A stretch of DNA of 24,000 nucleotides from Paenibacillus rhizovicinus (GTDB lineage Bacteria > Bacillota > Bacilli > Paenibacillales > Paenibacillaceae), in assembly GCF_010365285.1 (NCBI RefSeq), contig NZ_CP048286.1, positions 4,278,046-4,302,045 of the forward strand. The letters run 5' to 3'. A model generated the notes under the pieces. It saw only the letters and a list, made by a program, of their open reading frames with translations. It was not told the origin of the DNA and did not search any database. Both the position numbers and the translations under genes were made by a program. Shown one piece after another: positions 1 to 8,532 of this stretch (its first letter is position 1; every line of letters begins with the position of its first letter).

Positions 1-43
1 CAGCACAAAAGACTTCTTCCACGGTCCTATGTTGCACAAGACA

Positions 44-74
44 AACGCCTCCCGTCATCTCGACAGGAGGCGTT
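44..74 (-). terminator. GC-rich hairpin, candidate minus-strand terminator or attenuator stem
   Basis: AACGCCTCC (44-52) pairs with GGAGGCGTT (66-74). On the minus strand it is followed by TGTCTTGTG, which is only moderately U-rich. No gene inside the window can be assigned to it. Confidence 0.3.
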
Positions 75-200
75 CCTGCGTCGTTGTTCACGACGAATTA
101 CGGCTAGTGTGCCCTCTTTGGGATCATCAATGTTCTTGTTCTTTTCCATACGGAATTCATTGCAGTATTTTCGTTGTCCGTGCGCAATAAGTCGTTCGTG

Positions 201-245
201 AAAAAAGCACCGCCTGGATGATCGGCGACCATGCCGTCTCAGGCG
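201..245 (-). terminator. Rho-independent terminator-like hairpin on the minus strand
   Basis: The outer stem is CGCCTG (211-216) with CAGGCG (240-245). The inner stem is CGGC (223-226) with GCCG (233-236). On the minus strand it is followed by GTGC and then TTTTTT (the A-run at 201-206 on the plus strand). Confidence 0.45.
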
Positions 246-576
246 CAGCTCATTGTCCAATCTAAAAGGTGAACGTTTTTATTGCATGCAGGATTCCTAC
301 GGAAGGACGTTCTTCTCCACTTGCCACTCCCAATAATGCAAATAATTGCGCGGATTATAGAAAACTCGCCTACGGTTCCCCTTTAGCCTCTGCCGAAAAC
401 TTAAGAGCACGATCTTAATTTTCGGGCTTCAATCTTAAGAATGAGGCATTTCACCCCTGCATGCCGTGCCTTATGATGAAAGCAAGAGGGAAACCTTGAG
501 AGGCGAAAGGTGAAAAAATATGCGCAAATTTTTTCTTTCCGTCGCCGGTTTCATCATGAAACGAGGGGGAAATAAA

Positions 577-1926
577 ATGGCCATTCGTAAAAAAGCTTGG
601 ATTTCCGCAATGAGCCTGATCGTGGTTTCGGCGCTCGCGCTGACGGGCTGCGGCAGCAATAATTCGAATAACGGCAGCACGTCGGACAGTGCGTCGGGCA
701 ACAATTCAGGCAACGCATCGAACAAAGCGGCGAGCAGCAACGCGAAGAAAGAGAACGTGACGTTGACGTACACGATCTGGGATCAGCTGCAACAGCCGGC
801 GATGGAAGCGATCGCCAAAGAATTCACCACGGAGAACCCGAACATCAAAGTGAAAGTCGAAGTCATTCCTTGGGGCGACTACTGGACGAAAATGTCCGCG
901 GCGGCGCCGGCCGGCACATTGCCGGACGTGTTCTGGATGCATAGCGGCCAATTCGTCAAATACGCGTCCGGCGGGTTCCTTGAGCCCATCACCGACAAGG
1001 TTACCGCCGGCGAGATCAACATGGACGACTACGCGTCCAACCTCGGCTCCATCTATGTATTAGACGGTCAGAACTACGCGATTCCGAAGGACTTCGATAC
1101 GATCGGCCTGGCTTACAACAAAGAATTGTTCGACCAAGCCGGCGAAGCGTACCCTGACGATACATGGGATTACGCGAAACTGGCGGAAGTGGCCAAGAAA
1201 TTGAGCCAGCCGGACAAAGGCATCTACGGCTTCGCGGCCAAGATGGATACGCAAGGCGGTTACTGGAACGATATGCTCGCGAACGGCGGTTCCATTCTCT
1301 CCGCCGACGGCACGAAATCCGGTTACGACGACCCGGCCTCCATCGAAGCGTTGAAGGCGCGCTACCAAATGATTCTCGACAAAGCTTCGCCGACGCATCA
1401 ACAAATGACGGACACGGACGCCACGGAAATGTTCAAGTCGGGCAAACTGGCAATGACGTTCGAAGGCGACTGGAGAACGGCCGATATCGCGAGCAGCGAC
1501 ATTATCAAGGACAAATGGAATTGGGCTCCGCTGCCGAAAGGCAAAGTCAAACGCGGCGACATCATCAACGGCCTGGGCAACACGATGTCGGCGAAAGGCA
1601 AACATAAAGACGAAGCATGGCTGTTCCTGAAATTCCTCGGTTCGAAGCGCGCTGCCGATATCACGGCGGAAATGGGCGCGGCGATCCCGGCATTCAAGGA
1701 TACGCAGGCGGCATGGGTGAAATCGAAGCCCGACCTGAATCTGCAGGTGTTCATCGACCAAACCGCGGAAGCCACGCCGTATCCGGCAGGATCGAAAGCG
1801 TATCCGGTCTGGTTCCCGAAAGAATCGGAAATCATGGCGCAAGCATGGGGCGGCAAGATCTCCATCGAGGAAGGCGCCAAGCAAGTAGCGGAAATGATGA
1901 ATAAAGCCATCTCGGAAAACAAGTAA
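577..1926 (+). CDS. ABC transporter extracellular solute-binding lipoprotein (CUT1 sugar family)
   Basis: The ORF-track protein has a signal peptide ending in the lipobox LTGCGS, then a Ser/Asn-rich linker and a family-1 solute-binding-protein body. I prefer the ATG at 577 because GAGGGGGA (563-570) lies 6 nt upstream. The track start at 520 has no RBS. Confidence 0.9.
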   Translation: MAIRKKAWISAMSLIVVSALALTGCGSNNSNNGSTSDSASGNNSGNASNKAASSNAKKENVTLTYTIWDQLQQPAMEAIAKEFTTENPNIKVKVEVIPWGDYWTKMSAAAPAGTLPDVFWMHSGQFVKYASGGFLEPITDKVTAGEINMDDYASNLGSIYVLDGQNYAIPKDFDTIGLAYNKELFDQAGEAYPDDTWDYAKLAEVAKKLSQPDKGIYGFAAKMDTQGGYWNDMLANGGSILSADGTKSGYDDPASIEALKARYQMILDKASPTHQQMTDTDATEMFKSGKLAMTFEGDWRTADIASSDIIKDKWNWAPLPKGKVKRGDIINGLGNTMSAKGKHKDEAWLFLKFLGSKRAADITAEMGAAIPAFKDTQAAWVKSKPDLNLQVFIDQTAEATPYPAGSKAYPVWFPKESEIMAQAWGGKISIEEGAKQVAEMMNKAISENK

Positions 1927-1954
1927 GAGAGAACGCGTTATCATCGGAAGAAGT

Positions 1955-1984
1955 CGAAGGCATTCCGGAAACGGGATGCCTTCG
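1955..1984 (+). promoter_or_regulatory. Intercistronic stem-loop between the binding-protein gene and the permease genes
   Basis: CGAAGGCATTCCG-GAAA-CGGGATGCCTTCG forms a 13-bp stem with a GAAA tetraloop. No U-tract follows it. Confidence 0.6.
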
Positions 1985-2006
1985 CTGAATCAAGGGGAGG
2001 CAGGCC

Positions 2007-2876
2007 ATGAATTCGAGAAGCAGGTATGTATGGGCCTATGCCATGATCGCACCTACTTTGCTCGGGACGGTCGTATTTTGGTGCTGGCCGGCCATCTATT
2101 CTATCTATCTGAGCTTCCTGAAATCTGAGAATTTCGGGATGAGCAATCACTGGGTCGGTCTGGCCAATTACCAGAAGCTGTTCAAGGATCAAGAGTTTTG
2201 GCATAATCTGCGCAATACGCTTTACTATACGGTTCTGTTCGTACCGGTTACGCTCGTCTTGTCCACGTTCTTCGCCGTATTGCTCAATGCGAAGATTCGC
2301 GGTCAATCCGCTTACAGGGTCATCTACTTCCTGCCGCAAGTTACGATGCCCGCGGCGGCCGCCATGGTGTGGGTCGTACTGTTCGCCCATGACTACGGAT
2401 TAATCAACTACGTGCTCGGCACGGACGTGGCTTGGATATCCGATTCGCGGTTCGCGATGTTCGCGCTGGTCATCGTCGGCGTATGGGGAGCGATCGGCTT
2501 CAACATGCTCCTTATTCTGGCGGGTTTGCAAGGGATACCGAAAGCGCTATACGAAGCGGCGTCGATCGACGGGGCCGTGCGGTTCCGCAAGTTCCGCTAT
2601 ATTACTTTGCCGCTGCTGACGCCGACGTTGTTCTTCACGACCATCGTGCTCATGATCGGCGCCACGCAAATCTTCGATTCGATCTATCTGTTAATCGGCA
2701 AGACGAATGTCGCGCTGCCCGACGTGCGTTCCCTCGTCTATGCTTACTATCAGAATTCGTTCGTCTATTACGATCAGAATTACGGTGCGGCGATCGTAGA
2801 CGTGCTGCTCGTCATTAACTTGATCTTAACCGGCTTACAATTCGCGTTCCAGAAGAAATGGGTCAACTACGACTGA
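2007..2876 (+). CDS. Sugar ABC transporter permease (MalF/UgpA-like)
   Basis: Multi-pass hydrophobic protein with the EAA loop YEAASIDGAVRFRKFRYITLPLL. The RBS AAGGGGAGG lies upstream of the ATG at 2007. Confidence 0.92.
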   Translation: MNSRSRYVWAYAMIAPTLLGTVVFWCWPAIYSIYLSFLKSENFGMSNHWVGLANYQKLFKDQEFWHNLRNTLYYTVLFVPVTLVLSTFFAVLLNAKIRGQSAYRVIYFLPQVTMPAAAAMVWVVLFAHDYGLINYVLGTDVAWISDSRFAMFALVIVGVWGAIGFNMLLILAGLQGIPKALYEAASIDGAVRFRKFRYITLPLLTPTLFFTTIVLMIGATQIFDSIYLLIGKTNVALPDVRSLVYAYYQNSFVYYDQNYGAAIVDVLLVINLILTGLQFAFQKKWVNYD

Positions 2877-2887
2877 GGGGGGAGCTT

Positions 2888-3727
2888 ATGGCGAAAAGCA
2901 ATCAGGCCGTCGAACGCAACGTCAATTGGATCATTCACGTCATCTTGATCGCGGCGTCCGTCGTCATGGTCATCCCGTTCGGGTGGATGATTCTGACGGC
3001 ATTCAAAACGGTTACGGAAGCGACGCAGATTCCGGTCAAGGTTTTCCCGGCCCACCCGGATTTCAGCAGCTTCAAGAAAGCGTTCGAGAAAACGGATTTT
3101 ACGCATTATTTCTTGAACACGGCCTTCGCGGCACTCATGAAAACGGTATTTCCCGTCGTGTTCAGCTCGATGGCCGCTTATGCGTTCGCGCGGATTAAAT
3201 TCCCGGGCCGGACGGTATTGTTCTTCATCATTATCTCCGTCATGATGGTGCCGAACCCGGTGTTCTATACGCCGCAGTACTTGCTCTTGAGCAAGTGGGG
3301 CTTGGTCAACACGGTCACGGCGTTATGGATTTGCGCCTTGGTGAGCCCGTTCGCGACCTTCATGCTGCGGCAATTCTTCCTTGGCATCTCCAAAGAGCTG
3401 GAGGAAGCCGCGATTCTGGACGGCTGCAATCCGTTCCAGACCTTCCGCTATATCATGCTGCCGCTGGTGAAATCCGCCTTGGTCGCGATCGTCATCATTC
3501 AGCTGCTATGGTCCTGGAACGAATTGCAATGGCCGTTGATCATCAACAGCTCGCCGGATAAACTCACGCTGTCCTCGGGTCTAGCTACGCTCGTCTCGAT
3601 GTTCAGCACGAATTACCCGATTCTCATGGCGGGCGCCATCATGGCCGTCATTCCGATGATCGTCCTGTTCTTCTTCTTCCAGAAGCGGTTCATCGAAGGC
3701 GTCGCGTTCAGCGCGCATAAAGGATAG
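2888..3727 (+). CDS. Sugar ABC transporter permease (MalG/UgpE-like)
   Basis: EAA loop EEAAILDGCNPFQTFRYIMLPLV. The ATG at 2888 is preceded by GAGGGGGGAG. The track start at 2858 overlaps the upstream gene and lacks an RBS. Confidence 0.9.
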   Translation: MAKSNQAVERNVNWIIHVILIAASVVMVIPFGWMILTAFKTVTEATQIPVKVFPAHPDFSSFKKAFEKTDFTHYFLNTAFAALMKTVFPVVFSSMAAYAFARIKFPGRTVLFFIIISVMMVPNPVFYTPQYLLLSKWGLVNTVTALWICALVSPFATFMLRQFFLGISKELEEAAILDGCNPFQTFRYIMLPLVKSALVAIVIIQLLWSWNELQWPLIINSSPDKLTLSSGLATLVSMFSTNYPILMAGAIMAVIPMIVLFFFFQKRFIEGVAFSAHKG

Positions 3728-3782
3728 CCGGCAGTCGTTCGCGGCCAACGATGAACGTAACCGAATAACCGTGAATTCGTGA

Positions 3783-3817
3783 AGTCCCGACGATTTAGTT
3801 GTCGGGGCTTTTCTGTT
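3783..3817 (+). terminator. Rho-independent terminator of the ABC importer operon
   Basis: AGTCCCGAC (3783-3791) pairs with GTCGGGGCT (3801-3809) and is followed by TTTTCTGTT. Confidence 0.75.
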
Positions 3818-3926
3818 CACGCCATCAAATCCAACGCGAATAGGTGCGATTAAGCCGAAGCGGGGTAATAGGGGGAGAGTTTTTACTGCCGATGAACGTA
3901 AACCCAATTCGAAAGGAAGATTGATT

Positions 3927-4763
3927 ATGCCTAAAGTAATCGTGGGAACAGAAAACGGACAACCCATTGAATTGTTTTTCGAGGACCTTGGCGAAGGCAA
4001 GCCCGTCATTCTCATCCATGGCTGGCCGCTGAGCGGGCGCTCTTGGGAAAACCAGGTTCCGGCGCTCATTGAAGCGGGCTACCGGGTAATTACCTATGAC
4101 CGCCGCGGGTTCGGACAATCCTCCCAGCCGTATCACGGATACGACTATGATACGTTTGCAGCGGATTTGGACAAGTTGATCGGACACCTGGACCTTAACG
4201 ATGTCACATTGGTCGGGTTCTCGATGGGGGGCGGAGAAGTGGCGCGTTACGTGGGGACCTATGGAACCGGCCGCGTCAGCAAAGCCGTGTTGGCGAGCGC
4301 GGTTACGCCGTTCTTCTACAAATCCGCCGAGCATCCGGAAGGCGGTCTGGATGAAGCGACCATTCAAGACTTCCAAGACGGCTTGAGCAAAGACCGGATG
4401 GCGTTCCTTGACGACTTCACGCATAAGTTCTTTAAGGCAGGGGACAACGCCGGCCTGGTCAGCGAGCCCTCCCGCGCGTACAACTGGGGGATCGCTGCCG
4501 GCGCCTCTCCGAAAGGAACGCTGGATTGCGTCGCGGCCTTCGGCCGGACGGACTTCCGCGGCGATCTGGCTAAATTCGATATCCCGCTGCTTGTTATCCA
4601 TGGCGATTCCGACGCGATCGTGCCGTTCGAGGTAAGCGGCCGGATCACCAGCGAAACGGTAAAAGGCAGCGAGCTCGTTGTCATTGAAGGCGGTCCGCAT
4701 GGAGTGAATGCGACTCACCCCGAACCATTCAACAAGGCGCTCATTAACTTCCTGAACCATTAA
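3927..4763 (+). CDS. Alpha/beta hydrolase, non-haem haloperoxidase / arylesterase-like
   Basis: HGWPLSGRSWE motif, nucleophile elbow GFSMGG, HGDSD, and a C-terminal GGPHG histidine. The length and motif order match the cofactor-free haloperoxidase/perhydrolase family. The ATG at 3927 is preceded by AAAGGAAG. The track start at 3921 is a TTG. Confidence 0.85.
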   Translation: MPKVIVGTENGQPIELFFEDLGEGKPVILIHGWPLSGRSWENQVPALIEAGYRVITYDRRGFGQSSQPYHGYDYDTFAADLDKLIGHLDLNDVTLVGFSMGGGEVARYVGTYGTGRVSKAVLASAVTPFFYKSAEHPEGGLDEATIQDFQDGLSKDRMAFLDDFTHKFFKAGDNAGLVSEPSRAYNWGIAAGASPKGTLDCVAAFGRTDFRGDLAKFDIPLLVIHGDSDAIVPFEVSGRITSETVKGSELVVIEGGPHGVNATHPEPFNKALINFLNH

Positions 4764-4840
4764 CGTCGTGAACGGACGCCGGGGTCGTTGGCCGAGAGCA
4801 CTGTCTCCCGAGCTGCCCGGCGTCTTTAAAGCCATTAACT

Positions 4841-4884
4841 AAAAAAGCCTCAGGCGCCGTGTGCCGTGTGCGCCTGAGGCTTTC
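4841..4884. terminator. Bidirectional terminator shared by the convergent hydrolase and MFS genes
   Basis: AGCCTCAGGCGC (4846-4857) pairs with GCGCCTGAGGCT (4870-4881). An A-run lies on the left and TTT on the right. Confidence 0.8.
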
Positions 4885-4894
4885 TAATTCCCGG

Positions 4895-6121
4895 TTATGC
4901 CGTTGCCTTTACATGCTGCTTATGCGCGGCGGCAAGTTTAAACTGCTTGCGGTGGTGCAGCAGGTAGTAGCCGACTACGGACGCAATCGGAACGATGCCC
5001 GCTACGACGTACATCATGCGGTAATCGGTATAAGAGGCGATGAGTCCCATGATATAGGAGCCGATCCCGTAACCTAAGTCGAACATCAGGAAGAACGTAC
5101 CCGTCGCGCTGCCTCTCCGGTGCTCGGGAGCGAGCTTCATGGCCAGCGCCTGCAAACAGGGGAGCAAAGCGCCGTAGCCGATGCCCATAATGACCCCGTC
5201 CACCAGCACCATCGTACCCGAATGCGCCTGACTGAGCATCAGCATGCCAACCGAAAATAGGAAAATCCCCGGATAATACAAGTAATGCTCCTTATAGCGG
5301 TCGAACACTTTGCCGATCATCGGGCGGAAAGCCACGATCATGACCGCAAAGGCGACGAAAAAGCTGCTTGTCACTTTCGACTCGTTGATTTCCGACGTGA
5401 AGGATGACATAAACCCGGATAACGAACTATAAGAGAAGGAAAGGATGAAACCGACAAACGATATGGGCAGCGCCGAAGGCTCGACAATGTCGCTCCAATG
5501 GAACCCTTTGCGTTTCTTCTCCGGAGCGGGCTGCAGCTCCGCGTTCCGTTTCCTCTCCGGTACCTTCATCGCAATCGTGAACGCAAGCGATATCGCCGCT
5601 ATTATGCAGATCGCAAGCAGCAGGACGTTAACGTTCTTGTCCTTCCACAGGAATAACCCCATCGCCGGCCCCACGACCATGCCGATGCTCATGAACATGC
5701 TGAAGTAACCCATGCCTTCTCCCTGGCGCGATGCCGGAATGATCGATGCGGCAACGGTACTCGTGGCCGTCGAGGCCAGCGCGTAAGCCATGCCGTGAAT
5801 CAGCCGCGCGACCAGAAACAGGAGTATACCGTTCTTCGTGCCGAAATAACTGATGCAGGCGGCCAGGAAAACAACCATGCCGACGATGGCCATTTTCTTC
5901 TGCCCGTACCGATCCACCCAACCGCCCGAGAACGGCCGGAGCAGAACGCCGCCGATGACGTACACCGTAATGACCAGTCCCATCTGCTGCTGGTCGCCGT
6001 GCAGCCCTTCTTTGACATACAACGGAAAAGCCGTTGCCAATATATAAAAGGTGAGGAACATGAAAAAACTGCTCATGCAAACGACAATATAGTTTCTCGT
6101 CCATATTTTCTCTCTCTTCAA
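4895..6121 (-). CDS. MFS transporter (12-TM, drug/metabolite exporter-like)
   Basis: Hydrophobic 408-aa protein with an MFS-type loop motif GGWVDRYGQKK after TM2. The start is a TTG at 6121, with AGGAG 8 nt upstream on the minus strand. Confidence 0.88.
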   Translation of the reverse strand: MKREKIWTRNYIVVCMSSFFMFLTFYILATAFPLYVKEGLHGDQQQMGLVITVYVIGGVLLRPFSGGWVDRYGQKKMAIVGMVVFLAACISYFGTKNGILLFLVARLIHGMAYALASTATSTVAASIIPASRQGEGMGYFSMFMSIGMVVGPAMGLFLWKDKNVNVLLLAICIIAAISLAFTIAMKVPERKRNAELQPAPEKKRKGFHWSDIVEPSALPISFVGFILSFSYSSLSGFMSSFTSEINESKVTSSFFVAFAVMIVAFRPMIGKVFDRYKEHYLYYPGIFLFSVGMLMLSQAHSGTMVLVDGVIMGIGYGALLPCLQALAMKLAPEHRRGSATGTFFLMFDLGYGIGSYIMGLIASYTDYRMMYVVAGIVPIASVVGYYLLHHRKQFKLAAAHKQHVKATA

Positions 6122-6252
6122 CTTGCTCTCTCCTATCTTGCATCTATAGATGTTGAATCATTATAAAACGATTGATTTATCATGTATAATACATATTTTA
6201 TAATGGATTCATCACACGAACGTGATGATTGCGATATGGAGGCAGGCGCTTC

Positions 6253-7134
6253 ATGGAATTTCTTCAGTTGAAATATTTTCAGGCCGTCGCCAAGCATGAG
6301 CATATGACCATGGCGGCCAAAGAGCTTAACGTCTCGCAGCCGTCGCTGAGCAATTCGATTCACCGCCTTGAGAAACGGCTTGGCATTCCGCTATTTGAGC
6401 GGCAAGGCAAGGGAATCCGGCTCAACCGGTTCGGTAAAACCTATCTTCGCCGCGTCGAGCAGGCTTTCCGGGAGCTGGAGGAAGGAGAACGCGAGGTGAC
6501 GGACATGGCAGGCCTGGAGCGTGGCGTCGTAACGGTTTCCGTCACGCTTCCATATGTGCTGCCTACGCTGCTCAAGGAGTTCTTGACGTACCATCCGCAG
6601 GTGCGGATCATTCAGCGCCAGCTCGGTTCGGCCGTTGAAATGAAAGCGGAGCTTGAGAATGCCGAAATCGACTTCTGCATCTCCACGACTCCGGTTACGG
6701 GACCGGACATCGAATGGCTGGTGCTCGTCGAAGAAGAGTTATGCCTGACCGTACCCAAAGCCCACCGTTTTGCCGGACGGGGAAGCATCTCGCTGAGCGA
6801 GGCCGCCAACGAGCCGTTCATCAGTTTGTCCTCGAACTCCAACTTCCGCGAAATTACGGATGCCTTTTGCCGGCAGGCCGGGTTCGAACCGCATATCGCG
6901 TTTGAGCTGGAAGAAGTCAGCGCGGTCCAAACGCTTGTGGAAATGGGGCTCGGCATTACCTTTACCTTGCCGTTGTCGCTGGGACGCAGAGCCTCCAGTC
7001 CCGAGACGGTCCAGCTGCAAATTACCGAGCCGCGATGCAAGCGCACGTTCGGCATCTCCTGGAACCGCAAGCATTATTTATCCGAGGCGGCCATTCACTT
7101 CAGGCAGTTCGTCATCGATTTTTTCAGCCGTTAA
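6253..7134 (+). CDS. LysR-family transcriptional regulator
   Basis: N-terminal helix-turn-helix (HTH) MEFLQLKYFQAVAKHEHMTMAAKELNVSQPSLSNSIHRLEKRLGIPLFER, followed by a LysR substrate-binding domain. It is divergent from the MFS gene. The ATG at 6253 has GGAGG (6238-6242) upstream. Confidence 0.9.
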   Translation: MEFLQLKYFQAVAKHEHMTMAAKELNVSQPSLSNSIHRLEKRLGIPLFERQGKGIRLNRFGKTYLRRVEQAFRELEEGEREVTDMAGLERGVVTVSVTLPYVLPTLLKEFLTYHPQVRIIQRQLGSAVEMKAELENAEIDFCISTTPVTGPDIEWLVLVEEELCLTVPKAHRFAGRGSISLSEAANEPFISLSSNSNFREITDAFCRQAGFEPHIAFELEEVSAVQTLVEMGLGITFTLPLSLGRRASSPETVQLQITEPRCKRTFGISWNRKHYLSEAAIHFRQFVIDFFSR

Positions 7135-7166
7135 TGGGTTACGTTCAAAGGTTAATTTGGTCATCG

Positions 7167-7205
7167 GTCCGCACAAGCCATAAGAGGCATGTGCGGACTT
7201 TTTTT
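7167..7205 (+). terminator. Rho-independent terminator after the LysR gene
   Basis: GTCCGCACA (7167-7175) pairs with TGTGCGGAC (7190-7198) and is followed by T7. Confidence 0.85.
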
Positions 7206-7234
7206 AATCAAAGTATTTTAATTAACAAAGTACC

Positions 7235-7263
7235 TTGACAGTAATAGTAGTATGCCGTATTAT
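7235..7263 (+). promoter_or_regulatory. Sigma-A-type promoter of the PadR operon
   Basis: TTGACA (7235-7240), a 17-nt spacer, then TATTAT (7258-7263). It sits 21 nt upstream of the PadR start codon region, whose RBS is GGAGG at 7272-7276. Confidence 0.7.
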
Positions 7264-7283
7264 ACAGATATGGAGGTGATGTT

Positions 7284-7613
7284 ATGAGCGACAACAAAAT
7301 CACATCCGACCTGCTTCGCGGACATACGGATACGATGATTCTGCGGCTCTTGTCCGAAGCGGATCGCTACGGATACGAAATTGTCAAGCTGATTGCCGAG
7401 CGTTCGGGCGGCGAATACGAATTGAAGGAAGCGACGATGTACTCCAGCGTCAGAAGGCTGGAGACGGACGGCGACATCGAGTGGTACTGGGGCGATGAAT
7501 CCCAGGGCGGACGGCGGAAGTATTTCAGAATTACCGAGAAGGGCAAGGAAGCATACGCCCGCAACAAGAGCAATTGGGAGTATGCGCAGCGCGTGTTAGA
7601 AAACCTACTTTAG
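7284..7613 (+). CDS. PadR-family transcriptional regulator
   Basis: 109 aa with a winged-helix signature: LRGHTDTMILRLLSEADRYGYEIVKLI ... YSSVRRLETDGDIEWYW ... RRKYFRITEKG. Confidence 0.92.
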   Translation: MSDNKITSDLLRGHTDTMILRLLSEADRYGYEIVKLIAERSGGEYELKEATMYSSVRRLETDGDIEWYWGDESQGGRRKYFRITEKGKEAYARNKSNWEYAQRVLENLL

Positions 7614-7628
7614 AGAGGATTTGATGAG

Positions 7629-8498
7629 ATGAATAATCAGAAATTGACGAACTATTTGAACGGCGTGTTCACTCCCTACGACGGCGTGAAGAGCGTTACG
7701 GAATTGAAAGCCGACCTGCTCTCCGATTTGCAAGAACGTTACCGTGAACTCAAAGCCGAAGGCAAAGACGACGATACCGCGTTCAGCATGACGATCTCGA
7801 GCATCGGCGACATCGAGCAGACGATTCTGGAAGTCGCCAACCTCTCCCGTTCGCTGGAGCGGCAGGTGCTGATCAACCTAAGCGCGAGCAACTTGGCGGA
7901 GAGCGACTTTGCGGGCGTCGTTGCGCACAAGGGTCAATTCAAGGCCAGCGCGCTGCGCGGCTCCGACTTCAAGGGGGCGGACTTGACCGGCAGCGCATTC
8001 TCGAGCAGCGACATGCGCGAAGCCAATTTCGACCGCGCCAATCTGACCGATGTCAGCTTAACTACCAATGATCTCTCGAATGCGAGCTTCAATCGAACGA
8101 TCCTTGTACGCACCAGCTTCAACATCTCCGGGCTTGACGGAGCGAATTTCGCGAACGTACAGATGACCGACGTCACGCTGAGCAAAACCGACCTCAGAAA
8201 AACGATTTTCGAAGATTGCTTCTTTAACGGCGTGAGCTTCGAAAGTTCCGACCTGAGCGGGCAGCGGTTCGACGGGCAAACCTTCAACAACGTGAAGTTC
8301 GACAAGTCGGCGTTGACCGAAGCTTCGTTCAAGGGCGCGTCGCTCCGAAACGTGTCGTTCGTTCCGTTCTTCTCCTTGACGAATAAGTATTACCGCTCGA
8401 TCAAAACGATCAACTTCGACGGCGCGACGATGGATAAACTGACGTATGCTTCGCTCAAGGGCATGGGAGCTAATTTGGCGAAAGTTACGGTTGTCTAA
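7629..8498 (+). CDS. Pentapeptide-repeat protein with an N-terminal PadR-associated helical domain
   Basis: Residues from about 75 to 289 are a continuous run of A/S/T-D/N-L/F-x-x pentads, for example ADLTGSAFSSSDMREANFDRANLTDVSLTTNDLSNASF. The first 70 or so residues resemble the short helical domain often encoded directly after PadR genes. No transmembrane segment was seen. Confidence 0.85.
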   Translation: MNNQKLTNYLNGVFTPYDGVKSVTELKADLLSDLQERYRELKAEGKDDDTAFSMTISSIGDIEQTILEVANLSRSLERQVLINLSASNLAESDFAGVVAHKGQFKASALRGSDFKGADLTGSAFSSSDMREANFDRANLTDVSLTTNDLSNASFNRTILVRTSFNISGLDGANFANVQMTDVTLSKTDLRKTIFEDCFFNGVSFESSDLSGQRFDGQTFNNVKFDKSALTEASFKGASLRNVSFVPFFSLTNKYYRSIKTINFDGATMDKLTYASLKGMGANLAKVTVV

Positions 8499-8532
8499 GG
8501 TTAAGCGGTCTAAGATAAGGGAGGGAATGGAT

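Noticed and set aside
27-260. A 77-aa minus-strand ORF at the window start.
   Set aside because: It reads straight through two strong hairpins, is Arg-rich, has no RBS at either candidate ATG, and has no recognisable motif.
1060-1944. Long antisense ORF (294 aa) opposite the solute-binding protein gene. Similar long antisense ORFs lie at 3825-4835, 13567-14085, 15103-15843, 15840-17120, 16883-17917, 18178-18621 and 23039-23839.
   Set aside because: Their translations are Arg/Pro/His-rich and low in complexity, with no recognisable motifs or RBSs. Each lies opposite a gene with clear family signatures. These are typical shadow ORFs of GC-rich coding sequence.
577-3727. The missing ATPase gene in the sugar ABC importer as an anomaly.
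   Set aside because: CUT1 importers in Firmicutes commonly lack a dedicated ATPase and share a MsmX-type ATPase encoded elsewhere. This is an ordinary arrangement.
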